NCBI GenBank assembly: GCA_965287045.1 | Contig: OZ336882.1 | Location: 53,258,001-53,322,000, forward strand | DNA from: Carcharhinus amblyrhynchos | Taxonomy: Eukaryota | Length of the DNA: 64,000 nucleotides | Direction: 5' to 3' | Part shown: positions 12,470-23,955 of the stretch, piece by piece | Numbering within the stretch: position 1 is the stretch's first letter | How the letters are laid out: each line of letters begins with the position of its first letter | Notes under the pieces: generated by a model | What the model was told of the DNA's origin: nothing | Database searches by the model: none | Seen by the model: only the letters and a program-made list of their open reading frames with translations | Position numbers and translations under genes: made by a program

Positions 12470-13965
12470 AAGAGAACAAAAAAAAACGAAAAGCACAGCA
12501 CAGGAACAAGCCTTTGGTGCTCCAAACTTGTGCTGATGATGATGCCCTAACTAAACTAAAAGAGAACCTCCTGCCCTTACTTGGTCAGATCTCTTTATTT
12601 CCTCCCTATTCAAGTCCCCATCCAGTCTCTTAAATGTTGCTAATGTACCTGCTTCCACCATCTCCTCTGGCAGCGCATTCCAGGCACCCACCACCCTCTG
12701 TCTGAAAAACTTCCCCCATATGTCTCCCTTAAAATTTCCCCTCTCACCTTGAACTTGGGCTCTCTTCTAATTGACACTTCCACCTTGGGAAAAAGCCTCT
12801 GACTCTCAATCTTGTCTATGTCTCTCATAATTTTGTAGACCTCTATCAAGTCTTCCCTCAGCCTCCATATTTTAGTGAAAACAATCCTAGTTTATGCAAC
12901 TGTTCTCATAGTCAATGCCCTCAGGACCAGACAATATCCAAGCGAACCTTCTTTGCACTCTCTCCAAAGCTTCCACATCCTTCTGTTGTGTGGCGACCAG
13001 AACTGTATGCAATACTCCAAGATTTCCCAACTCTTATACTCAGTGCCCCAGCTGATGAAGACAAGCATTCCATTTGCCTTCTGAATCACCTTGGCCTCCT
13101 GTGTTGCTACTTTTAGGGAACTGTGGACCTGCATGCCCAGATCCCTCTGGATGTTAATGTTTCGAAGGGTTCTGCCATTTACAGTATAATTCACACCTAA
13201 ATTTGATCGTCCAAAATGCATCAACTTGCATTTGTCTGGATTAAACTCCATCTGCGATTTCTGTGCCCAAGACTCCAATCTATCCATGTCCTGTTGTATC
13301 CTCTGATAATTGTTGCAACTATCAACAACTCCACCAATCTTCAGGTAATCCTCAAACTTAGTAATCAGACCACCCACATTTTCCTTCAGATCATTTAAAT
13401 ATACCACAAAGAGCAGAGGTCCTAGCATTGATCCCTGTGGAACACTATTAGCTACGGATCTCCATTCTGGAAAACATTCTTCCACCACCACTCTCTATCT
13501 TTTATAACCAAACCAGTTCTGTATCCATCTAGCCAGTCCACATCTAATGATTTTAGGTTTTTTCCAATTTTCCATGTGGGGCTTTATCAAATGCTTTACT
13601 AAAGTCCATATAAACTACATCCACAGCCCTTCCCTCATCAATTATCTTTGTCACCTCTTCAAAAACTCAACTATGACCTTCCCCATTCAAATCCTTGCTA
13701 CCTGTCACTAACTAGTCCATTTTCTTCCAAATACATATCTCCTGTCTCTCAGTACCTTCTCCAAAAGCTTCCCTACCACTGACGTCAGGCTCACTGGTCT
13801 GTAATTTCTTGACTTATCCCTGCATTTTTTCTTAAACAAGCAAACAACATTGGCTATTCTCCAGTCCTCTAGAACCTTGCCTGTTATCAAAAAGGATGTA
13901 AAGGTATCTATTAAGGCCCCAGTTATCTCTCCTTTGCCTCCTGCAGTAACCTGGGATAGATCCAC
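12470..13965 (-). mobile_element. CR1 LINE ORF2 RT region plus 3' tail (pseudogenised)
   Basis: ORF-track peptides DWRIANVVCLFKK..NYRPVSLTSVVGKLLEK, VPQGSMLGPLLFVVYLNDL, QMEFNPDKCKLMHFG and LEYCIQFWSPH. Confidence 0.9.
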
Positions 13966-14315
13966 ACCTCACCATTCACGGACCCAAAGACTTCCTTCAG
14001 GTTAAGCAGCATTTCACTTGCATTCCCTTCAATGTCATTAATTGTGTTTGCTGCTCCCAATGTGGTTTCCTCTACCTAGGGAAGACTAAATGCAGACTGG
14101 ATGACTACCTTGTGAACATACCTTTGCTCAGCCTGCAAACATGACCCCAAAATTCCTGTTGCATGCCATTTTAACTCACCACATTGCTTTTATGCCCACA
14201 AGCCAATCGATGGCCTGCTGCAATGCTGTGGGTATGCCGGCGTTGGACTGGCGTAAACACAGTAAAAAGTCTGACAACACCAGGTTTTAGTCCAACCTAT
14301 TTATTTGATGATATA

Positions 14316-14355
14316 CTCACAAGCTTTCGAGGGGACTGCCTCTTCATCAGGTGAA
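14316..14355 (-). ncRNA. Minimal type I hammerhead ribozyme
   Basis: Minus strand reads UUCAC-CUGAUGA-A-GAGG-cagucc-CCUC-GAAA-GC-UU-GUGAG: stem I, conserved core, stem II and a palindromic AAGCUU stem III. Confidence 0.8.
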
Positions 14356-14362
14356 TGGAGAG

Positions 14363-14402
14363 TTCACCTGACGAAGAGGCAGTCCCCTCGAAAGCTTGTG
14401 AG
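14363..14402 (+). ncRNA. Minimal type I hammerhead ribozyme
   Basis: UUCAC-CUGACGA-A-GAGG-cagucc-CCUC-GAAA-GC-UU-GUGAG. Confidence 0.8.
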
Positions 14403-14766
14403 TATATCATCAAATAAATAGGTTGGACTAAAACCTGGTGTTGTCAGACTTTTTACTGCTGCAATGCTCCAGTGAAGACCGGCTGAAGCTGGAGTAGCAG
14501 CATCTCAACTTCCAGTTGGTCACATTGCAGCCCTTAGGACTCAACACTGAGTTCAGCAACTTTAGATGTTGACCTTTCTCCTCTGTCTTGAAACCCCTTT
14601 CTTCTTTTATTTAATATTCCATACATGTATTGCCTCAACGCACAATACCCCCTCCCCTTCTCATGCCAGCCCATCTATCATTTGTTCTTAAAGATGCTAC
14701 TTTTTTATTGCAGTTTCTACAACTGTAACACATTCTCCTTCCTTTCAGTGCTGACAAAGAGTTGTT

Positions 14767-14890
14767 GGGTGGGATTTTACTGCCTCGATCAAGGGAGACG
14801 GGAAATTCCTGCTCTGGTCAACAGACATTTCCATCGTTCGCCCCTCACCAGCTCCGATTCCATGGCAGGCAAGTTGGTTGAATTCCGGCA
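14767..14890. mobile_element. MITE inserted in the old Penelope 3' UTR
   Basis: GGGTGGGATTTT...GAATTCCGGC imperfect TIRs; the internal sequence is related to 10014-10155. Confidence 0.55.
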
Positions 14891-15348
14891 TATGACGCAA
14901 AATGTTAACTCTATTTTTCTCTTGATAGATGCTGGCAGATCTCTTGAATTTTCCAGCATCCTCTCTACTTATGCTAAATTACTGAGTTAGTTCTAAACAG
15001 CTGGGAGACAATGATAAATTTGTACATTGGGCATAATTGGGAGATTGGGCCCAAAATACATTTTACTGGTGCAGCTGCAATTCATATTTCCTTTTAAAAT
15101 TAATTTCCATGTTTAAAATCTCTCATGAACCAGCCCAGTCGGTTATAAAGCAAAAGTAACTGACATGTAAGAGAGTGAACTTGCTGCAATTTCATTAACA
15201 TGGCTGAAAATTAGCTCATCACTTAAAAAATAACAACCTTAATAAGAGTATCCACCACCTTTGTGCAATCTGATATTAAATTATTGCAAAAAGCTTTAGC
15301 AAAACTATGTGATCCAGTCACAAGCATCACTGGTGTGACCTTAGTCAC

Positions 15349-15632
15349 GGGGTGGCACGGTGGCATAGTTATTAACACTGCTGCCTCACAGCTTTAGGGG
15401 CTCGGATTCAATTCCCAGCTTGGGTCACTGTCTGTGTCGAGTCTGCACATTCTCCCCGTGTCTGCGTGGGTTTCCTCCCACTGTCCAAAAGATGTGCTGG
15501 TTAGATAGATCGGTCAGGCTAAATTCTCCCTCAGTGTATCCTAACAGGCACTGGAGTGTGACGACTTGGGGATTTTCACAGTAACTTTATTGCAGAGTTA
15601 ATGTAAGACTACTTGTGACAATAATAAATAAG
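15349..15632 (+). mobile_element. V-SINE / HE1-like, full length
   Basis: Head, V core and the tail TAATGTAAGACTACTTGTGACAATAATAAATAA. Confidence 0.85.
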
Positions 15633-16514
15633 TAGTCAATTAAAGTGTCTTAAATGTGCAACATTTTAAAATTTGCCTGCCAGTGCCAAGATTTTGAAAT
15701 CAGTTTAGGGAAATTTGTTGAACAGCCACAAGGAGGCACAAAGCTGCCCTGATTATTTCTATCTGGGGACTTTGTGGGTGGGGCCATCAACAGATGAAAT
15801 TATTTTTTAACTCAGTGTTAAATATTGCAAAGAACTAGATTTATCCTTGATGCAATTCATGATTTAACATTCCCTGACCTCTTGCGTTGGTTTGGGCAAG
15901 TTCACCTAGATTTCATTGATGAATCTAGCAGAACCTTAACCTTAGTGGATTTAGTCAATATCTGAGTGAGCTCAGATACAAACTCAGACATAAAGAGAGT
16001 AAAAACAGTAACAAATAACAAGCTGCCTTGCACTGTGATATAATGACTTAAAGTATACAGAAGGAACATCAACTTACGGCTTTAATTACCAAGGAGACAA
16101 TTTCCTAACTGTTTCGGTGTCACAAATCTGAGACTTTTAACATTATCAGTTTTTTAACTGCACTGCATCTCCTCCCTGTTTAAGGATAATTATAAAGATC
16201 TGTTCTGGCCTGAAAACAAGCCCTGCACAGATTCTGTTAGAAGCTATCAAGCCTCCACTTTCTTTGGAAATATAATATGTGAGTATGATTTCCAAAAAAA
16301 ATAAATCTGAGCAAATGTTTTGAATGGAATTTTCCAGCCATGCTCACTGCAAGCACAGAACATCCTGCCTGAAGTCAACGGATCTTGGCATCATCCACCC
16401 CTACTGCCCACTACAATTTCCATGGTGGGATAATTCTGGTTTTTGTGCCTGTCTTCACAATGGAACATACATAAACCTTCTTGGAATTACTACAGAACAA
16501 AGGGATTCATAAGC

Positions 16515-16712
16515 TTCCAAAGTCCAAAGATGTGCGGGTTAGGTTGATTGACCATGCTAAGAAATTTCCTCTTAGTGTCCAGGGATACGTAGATTAGTGG
16601 GCATGATATGCATGGATATTGGGGTCGGGCCTGGGTGGGATTGCATTTGGTGCAGACTTGATGGGCCGAAGGGCCTCTTTCTGCACTGTAGGGTTCTATG
16701 ATGGTTCTATGA
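16515..16712 (+). mobile_element. V-SINE 3' half
   Basis: GTCCAAAGATGTGCGGGTTAGGTTGATTG...CTGTAGGGTTCTATGATGGTTCTATGA. Confidence 0.75.
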
Positions 16713-18710
16713 TGAGGAATTGAAAGAAATTAGAATTGGTAAAAAGGTAGCATGAGGACTAAAAGTTTATTAATCCCTTGGACCTGATGACTTACATCCC
16801 AAAGTGTTGAACAAGATCTCTTTAGGAAGACTGAAATGATTGAGGATGATTTGGTAATCATCATCCAAAAACTCTATACATTTTCGAATGGTTCCTGAAA
16901 ATTGTAACTATTTAAGAAAGAAATGGGAGAGAAACCCAGGAATGTTAGGAACTATTATAAAGGACTATTATAAATAACTGGGCATTTGGAAAATAATGGT
17001 AAGATTGGATCAAGTCAACAAGGATTTATGAAAGGAAAATTATGTTTGGCAAACCTGTTGGAGTTTTTTGAGAATGTTATGTGTAGCATAGATAAAGGAG
17101 AACCAATGGAAATGATGCAATTGGATTTTCAGAAGGCCCACGCAAAATGATAGTGAACAAAATTGGAACATATGGGAGTAGGGTTAAGATACTGACATGG
17201 ACATGAGAATTGCTCAGAAAACATTGGACAGAAATCAAAGAGTAAGAATAAATGGGTAATTTTTAGACCGGCAGGCTGTTACTAGTGGGATCCCAGTACT
17301 TGGGCCCTAGCTATTCATTATCTACTTCAAATACTTTGACTAAAAGTAATATTTCCAAGTTTGTTGAAAACTCTAATCTGGATATAGAAAGGATATTTAG
17401 AAAGGATCTATAGAAAGGATATTATTAAACTAGAAAGAGTGCAGAAGAGATTTACTAGGATGCTACTGGGACTTGATGGTTTGAGTTATAAGGAGAGGCT
17501 GGATAGACTGGGACATTTTTCTCTGGAGTGTAGAAGGCTGAGGAGTGATCTTACAGAGATTTATAAAATAATGAGGGGCATGGATCAACTAGATAGTCAA
17601 TAACTTTTCCCAAAGTAGAGGAGTCTAAAACTAAAGGGCACAGGTTTAAGGTGAGAGGGAAGAGATACAAAACGGCCGAGAGAGACAATTTCTTCATGCA
17701 GAGGGTGGTGAGTGTCTGGGAACAAGCTGCCAGAGGTAGTAGTAGAGGCAGGTACAATTTTGTCTTTTAAAAAGCGTTTTGACAGTTATGTGGGTAAGGT
17801 AGGTACAGAGGGATATGCACCAAATGCAAGCAATTGGGACTATCTAAGGGGTTTAAAAAAAGGCAGTATGGACAAGTTGGGCCTATTTTCATGCTGTAAA
17901 CTGTAAACTTCTAGATAGGAATGTGAGTTGTGAGGTTGATGCAAAGAGCCTTCAAGAGAATTTAGTCAGGTTAAGTGAGTGGACAAGTGCACGCATGGCG
18001 GAGTGAAAAATATGAAGTTACCCACTTTGGTAGGAAGAACAGAAATGCAAAGTATTTTTTGAATTGTGACAGATTGGTGTTAATGTCCAAAGATACTTGA
18101 TATCCTTAGTTATCATACAGGTGCAGCAAGCAATTAGGAACTAATGGTAAATGGTTTGTTGGCCTTAACTGCAAGAAGATTAAAGTACAGTAGTAAAGAT
18201 GTCTGGCTGCAATTGTATAGAGCCTGTGAGAACATATTGGGCATATTGTGTATAGTTTTGACTCTTTACCTAAGGAAGGATTGCAACAAAGGTTCACAAG
18301 ACTGATTCCTCAGGGGAGGAGGAGGGGGGACACCATCCCAAGAGGAGATTTAAGGATTACATGACCTATATTATGTAGAGTTTAGATTAGAAGAATGAAA
18401 GTCAATCTCAATGAAACATAGTGGCCAGAATTTTCCGCAGATTTCCTGGCGGTAGGGAGTGCATGGAACAGGAAACCCGTTGACAATGGCAGAATCAGAA
18501 GATCACACTGCTAGCCATGGTGGGCTGCTGCAAAACATGGTGATGGGGGGTATGTATGTTCATGTCACAGATCGATAGGTTTTAGATAGGTTGTGGATAC
18601 AGGAAAATGGTGTTGAGGTAGAAGATCAGCCATGATCTAATTGAATGACAGAGCAGATTTGAGGGGCGGAATGGCCTACCCTTGCTCCTATTTCCCATGT
18701 TCTTACATTT
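16713..18710 (+). mobile_element. CR1 LINE ORF2/3' remnants, with a nested second CR1 3' fragment (about 17420-17910) and a MITE (about 18421-18550)
   Basis: Decayed GPDDLHP, QGFMKGKLCLANLLEFF, LDFQKA and LERVQKRFTRML motifs. CR1 tails lie at about 17900 and 18700. Confidence 0.8.
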
Positions 18711-19714
18711 AGCACTGTATGTATTTCCAATATAAAATGATGTGGTATTCTAGTCTTTGCAAAATATGCTCCTTATGTCTGGTCCTAAGTTGCAGTTACC
18801 AAACAAGACATGCCACTAATGCATAAATTCAGAATCTAATTGCCCAAGAGTTGCTAGGATCTGTAAGAACTTCAACTTTGAGCTTCAGGCCACATTCCAA
18901 AATGGAGTCTTTCTTGCTAAAGGTGAGTTTTTTTTTTAGTACCTTTCAATTCTTTCTTCCCAATCAAAAAAGCCAATGAGTTCCAATCATTGTCCCCACA
19001 TGAGTGGCAAACCGGACCCAAGCTGACATGACAAGGATATTGCATCCCATCTTGGGCTCGGTGAAACAAGATCCAAGCTGACAGGATGAGGCATTTCAGC
19101 CCCTCCTGAGCTTGATCTAATGCTTCATCTTAGCCAAGAGGCCCAGATGGCTTTGAAAAATTACATCAGGTAAACATGGTATTGGGACCAATATTCCCTA
19201 ATGCCCAAAACAAGGGAGCAATTCCGGTGACAATGATGACAACCTACAGGAAAGAAAAGGCCAGTGGATCAAATAAAAGCTCCCCCCAAGCCTTATCATA
19301 ATCATTCAGGCCAGTTGCAGATGTCTGACAAACAAGGATCCCTGTCCTGTCAAATCAGCTATGGATTGCATCTAGTTAGGTCCTGTCTCTCTGATGAAAT
19401 GAAATTAAATCTGAATGTAGACGCTGAGGATCACCACCAGAACCAAACCTCCACCAATAAAGTTTTAGTCAGTTTGTTCACCCAGCCTGCCGTCATTCTC
19501 ATCCACCAAGGCTGCAAGCACCTTGTACCTTTTGGGAAAATTAAGATGGTAAGTCTTGTATGGCAAGAATGTTTTATGTGCTCTTACAACCACTAGAAAG
19601 AGGAGTGACTTTCCAGGTCCCTGGATATGAGTATCCTGTTGGATATCAGCTCAGATTTCAAAGATGACCATCCATTCTCCTCTTGGTAGCTCTGGGTGGA
19701 GTGTTGTTTGTGCT

Positions 19715-20245
19715 TTACAACTCCTCAAAGTCTGACACAAATCAGGAGTGTAGTAGAATACTCTCCATTTGCCTTGATGAGTGCCATTTGTCTTGATGAG
19801 TGTAACTCCAACAACACTTCAGAAGCTTGACACCATCTGAGAGAAAGCAGCCTGCTTGATTGGCACAACATCCACAAATATTCACTCTCTCCACAACTGG
19901 TACACAAAGCACCACAGTAACTCACCAAGAGTCCTTAGAGAACATTCTCATACCCACACCTGATACCATCTGGAGCGACAATGGCAACAAACGCTTGTGG
20001 TCAGCACCACCTTCTCTTCCAAGTCACTCACCATCCTGATTCAGACATTACCATTCCTTCACTGATGCTGGGTCAAAATCCTTTAATTCCCTCCCTAATA
20101 GCACTTTGGGCATACCTGCGCCACATGATCTGCAGCAGTTTAAGAAGGCGTCTCACCATTATCTTCTCAAGGGCAATTAAGAATGCATAACAAATACTGT
20201 CCTAGCCAGAGATGCCCACAACCTTTGAATTAATCTATAAAAAAA
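19715..20245 (+). mobile_element. Non-LTR retrotransposon 3' end (second LINE family, sharing its tail with the 58255-58600 SINE)
   Basis: QIRSVVEYSP-like coding remnant and the tail TCTTCTCAAGGGCAATTAAGAATG...CCTAGCCAGAGATGCCCACA. Related pieces lie at about 23120-23420 (+) and 25300-25490 (-). Confidence 0.6.
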
Positions 20246-21001
20246 TCACTCTGTTTCTACCACAGCAGGCAGAGTTCAAAGCTCCAGATCTGAGGAAGAG
20301 ATAAAGAGAAAGTTAAAATAGGTGGCAGCCACTAAACTTTGGACACTTCACTTCCATTATGGAATTTATTCTTCAGCTCTGGGCAGGCCATAATGGGTGT
20401 CAGAGATGGGGATACAATAGGGAATGCACCAGTTGCAGGCTTATATTGCCAATTTCCTTTTGTTTAACTGTACCCTGCATTATGCGAATTCTATAATCTC
20501 TGCATGCGTTAATTGAGATGAGGTCAACGTTTGTTAACTGACAGACAGGGCTAAATAAGAGCCTGTAGGACGAGATGAGAAAGGAATGTTAACAAACAGT
20601 TGTGGAGCCTGATAGTCCGGCAACTGAAAGACAGCGTGAAACATGAATAGTTTGCTGTGAATTGGATTAAGAAGAGATAAGAGAGTGAAGGTCATGTCTG
20701 ACAGGTGTGGTTACTCATGTAGAATGAACAATGAACAGAGATTGATAGCATGGCCCAGACACTTTAAGAGAACATCATTTGACACAGTGATGTGTTAGGT
20801 AAATAAAATCACAAATTCATTAGCTGCAGGTAGGATGTATTGATATAATAGTGTCACATTAAGGAGATGTGATACAAAAAGAAATGATGGACCAAAGCCT
20901 CTTTAGAGACTTTTAATTAATTTTGCTTAGGTTAATGTGAGCACTCAGGCCAGGCTTATAAAATCCAATAAGTCCAATGCATGTGAGCTACCTTCAGTAC
21001 C

Positions 21002-21499
21002 AGTCTCGCAGGTATTGTATGTAATGGATTGGATCAATGGTTCGATGAATACAATATATTAAATAGGTGTTACAGTGTTCCCTTGTCATCAACCTTTTGT
21101 GAAGGAAAAATGACAAGTGTACAAACCCAACAAATATCATCACTATTTTCATTGTAAGTTACATGGAATATCAGAAAACAAGCAATTATTGTTTTGTTCC
21201 TAAAAAAGAACAAGCCGTCCCCAATGCACATGGTCCTGCCAGCACTATACAATAGTCTCGCAGGTATTGCTTGTAATGGATTGTATCAATGATTTGGGAA
21301 ATACAATGTATTAATTAGATGTCACAGTGTTTCCTCGTCATCAATCTTTTGTGAAGGAATAATGGCTGGTGTACCCACCATATAACACCACTATTTTTAC
21401 TGTACGTTACATGGAATGCCAGAAAACCAGCAACAATTGCTTTGTTCCTAAAAAAGTACTAGTTGTCCCCAAAATGTGGTCCTGCCAGCAAAATACAAT
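21002..21499. repeat. Diverged tandem duplication, about 250-bp unit x2
   Basis: Units start AGTCTCGCAGGTATTG at 21002 and 21254. Both contain CTTTTGTGAAGGAA, GTTACATGGAAT, TTTGTTCCTAAAAAAG and TGGTCCTGCCAGCA..ATACAAT. Confidence 0.9.
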
Positions 21500-23439
21500 G
21501 CATTTCATGCTGTCATTTACTCTGACCCTATTAAGGATCACTTCCAAGATATTTGTCATGAAGAGTTTGAGTAAGGCACAGAGAAGAGCCCTGAGGCAAA
21601 CACAACACAGATGAGCAGAAAACGTTACTGGGGTCACATGAGCAGGAAGGTGTTGTTTGCCAGAGGATCGGGTTATTGGGCAGGTGGAAATTTGGGCATC
21701 ACAGATCTTGTTATGAAATAAAGCTGCCCATGGAACATCAAACAGTGGTACAGGCATTGGGGACCACACCAGATATTGGGGACTGTATCAAACATTGGAA
21801 ATCACACCAGGCATTGGTGATCATTCCAAAAGCTGATGATCACAACAGGCATAACAAATAGGAGCAATCCAAGAGATCTCACGCAGGCCAGGTAAAACAT
21901 GAATGCTTTAAGTTATGGCGTGCACAGCAGATCCCAAAAAAACAAAGGGCCCATGCACGTAAATGAATAGGCAATGCACAGCAAAACACACAGAGGGGGT
22001 GGAGTCCATCAGAAGATTGCACATCTCATTGAAGTGTTATGATTTTCAATTCGACAATCCACCTTGGAGCCAGTGGCACTTCCAGCACAAGTCAAGTTAC
22101 AGGGATCTCTGTGCTTCTTCTATTAATCCTAATACAGGTGATGATCTCTGATGCCACACAGGCCTTGAGTTTCAGATTGAAGAGGATGTTATTTTTAAGG
22201 CTTCCAAAGCATTCGGGCCTGGATTTCATATAAGTATAACACTGCTGCTACTGGACCATTCAAGCTTCCATTTTGTTGATAAGCACTGAGCCAATGGTTT
22301 TTCTAGTGTCATGCCATCAATAAAGCATGTTGATATGTGTCTTTTTCTCTCTGGATGATGGCACATGCGATATCTAATACAAAGACAGCTCACAAGGACA
22401 GCTACTCATGCTGTGGCATCAGAGTTGCAATAACCATAGGCTTGGTTCAGTATCTACTATGAAAATGAGAATATCTTTAGTCCAAGACATTCCAGAGTGC
22501 TTCATTACCCTTGCCATTAAAGCAGCATGATAGAAAAGCAGAAGACTAAAGCTGAAAGTGCATATTTGCACACATGAACAGAAAAACAATGTGGTATGAA
22601 GCATAACATTGCTCATTAAAATTATGGTTGCATTAACATAACACAAAAGTTTCAAAGCTTTTTTTTGGCATGTGCATAAGTTTGTGCTTGGTAAGTTTTA
22701 TTTTAATGTTTTCATTTTCTGCCTGGCCAATCTACATTCATTACATGTCTCTTTTTGTCCTAAAAGAGTGGAAGTCTCCTTAATAAACAATCTACTCGGC
22801 CACTTCAACGGCATGAGGAGTCAATCACATAACAGAGTGAAAAAAACATATGTAGGTCAGACAGGGTGCAGAGCATGTTCTTTTCCCTGAAGGAGATTAC
22901 TGAATCAATTTGGTTCCTACTACACCCTAGTCCGACAATGAACAGATTTATTAAATTCAATTTCACAACTTGCTACAGTTAGATTTGAATTTGTGACCTC
23001 TGGCATGGATCCAAGACTTACTTAACACATCTGTGCTAGTGATGTCCTATGGAAGTCTAGAATATATTAAAGTTAGGGATAGAAATTTGAACATGTAAAC
23101 TAGGCTGATAGTCCTGTACAGCACCTTCTAAACCCATGACCTCTACCACCTAGAAGCACAAGGGCAGTAGATGCAAAGGAACACCACTCCCTGCAAGTTT
23201 CCCTCTAAAGCACAAACCACATTGACTTGGAACTTTTTTGCCGTTCCTGTACTGTTGCTAGATCAAAATCCTGGAACTCCCTTTCTAACAGCACTGTGAG
23301 TGTACCTACACTATATGGACTGCAGCTGCTCAAAAAGGTGATCACCACCACCTTTCAGGGGCAATAAATGATGGGCCTAGTCAGTGACACCCCACCCTGA
23401 GAATGAACAAAAAGAAACAAATATTGAAAGAGTGTTGCA

Positions 23440-23955
23440 CTGTTGGCATTATCCTTTGCCACTACATTAAACACATATCTAACCTACATTCTCAGATGCA
23501 GGTAAAAGATTTGGGCCAGAATTTTCAAGCTGTTCAGGCCGGCAGGATTCTCCAGCCTCGCTGGCAGCACACCTCCACCCCTGGGTTTCCCATTGGCATG
23601 AGATGATATCAATGGCAATTCCCATTGACAGCAGCAGGACCAGGGAATTCCACCACCAGCAAACAACACTCCACCTCTTGCTGGCCGGAAAAATGCAGCT
23701 GGGAGGTCGGAAAATTTTGCCCTTTATGGCATTATTTAAAAGGGTAACGGGAGACTTCTGTCAATTGGCCTGACCAGTATTTATCCCTCAGCTGATATCA
23801 CTAATAAACCAATTATCTGCTCATTCTGATATTATCTGTGGGTCTTGCTGTGGGTAAATTGGTTGTCCTATTTCTTACATTCCAACAGTGATACAAAGTG
23901 TTTCAGTGGTAGTAAAACACTTTGGGATGTCCTTACTGCATGAAAAGTGCTGTGG
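23440..23955 (+). mobile_element. Old Deu-domain-type SINE (AmnSINE1/SacSINE1-like) interrupted by a MITE at 23513-23723
   Basis: TATTTATCCCTCAGCTGATATCACTAA...ATTATCTG...CTTGCTGTG...AAATTGG...ACATT.CAACAGTGA core with an L2-type tail. The match is recalled from family consensus, not from an alignment. Confidence 0.5.

Larger units (their letters stand above)
14228..14458. mobile_element. Non-autonomous palindromic mini-Penelope (two inverted hammerhead-bearing pLTR ends)
   Basis: The arms 14260-14355 and 14363-14458 are 96-bp inverted repeats with one mismatch. There is a 32-nt one-sided tail at 14228-14259. TSD CTGCTGCAATGCT lies at 14215-14227 and 14456-14468. The sequence matches the pLTR of the 47608-54010 element. 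Confidence 0.92.
13966..14970 (+). mobile_element. Old Penelope-like element: decayed GIY-YIG endonuclease end and 3' UTR (host of two younger inserts)
   Basis: Translates as ..HFTCIPFNVINCVCCSQCGFLYLGKTKCRL.., ..PVACHFNSP.. and GLLQC|SSEDRLKLE*QHLNFQLVTLQPLGLNTEF, paralleling the VYLIRC..C..YIGET..RL..H..E..GLN layout of the intact ORF. Hammerhead-like remnants lie at about 14745-14762 and 14893-14910. Confidence 0.75.

Noticed and set aside
21070-21252. CWVC motif suggesting retroviral env
   Set aside because: It is not conserved in the second repeat unit and there are no other env features.
21300-21345. Possible minus-strand hammerhead (UUGAUGA-CGAG-GAAAC) in the 250-bp duplication
   Set aside because: The core lacks the first C, there is no proper stem II, and the other unit does not keep GAAA.
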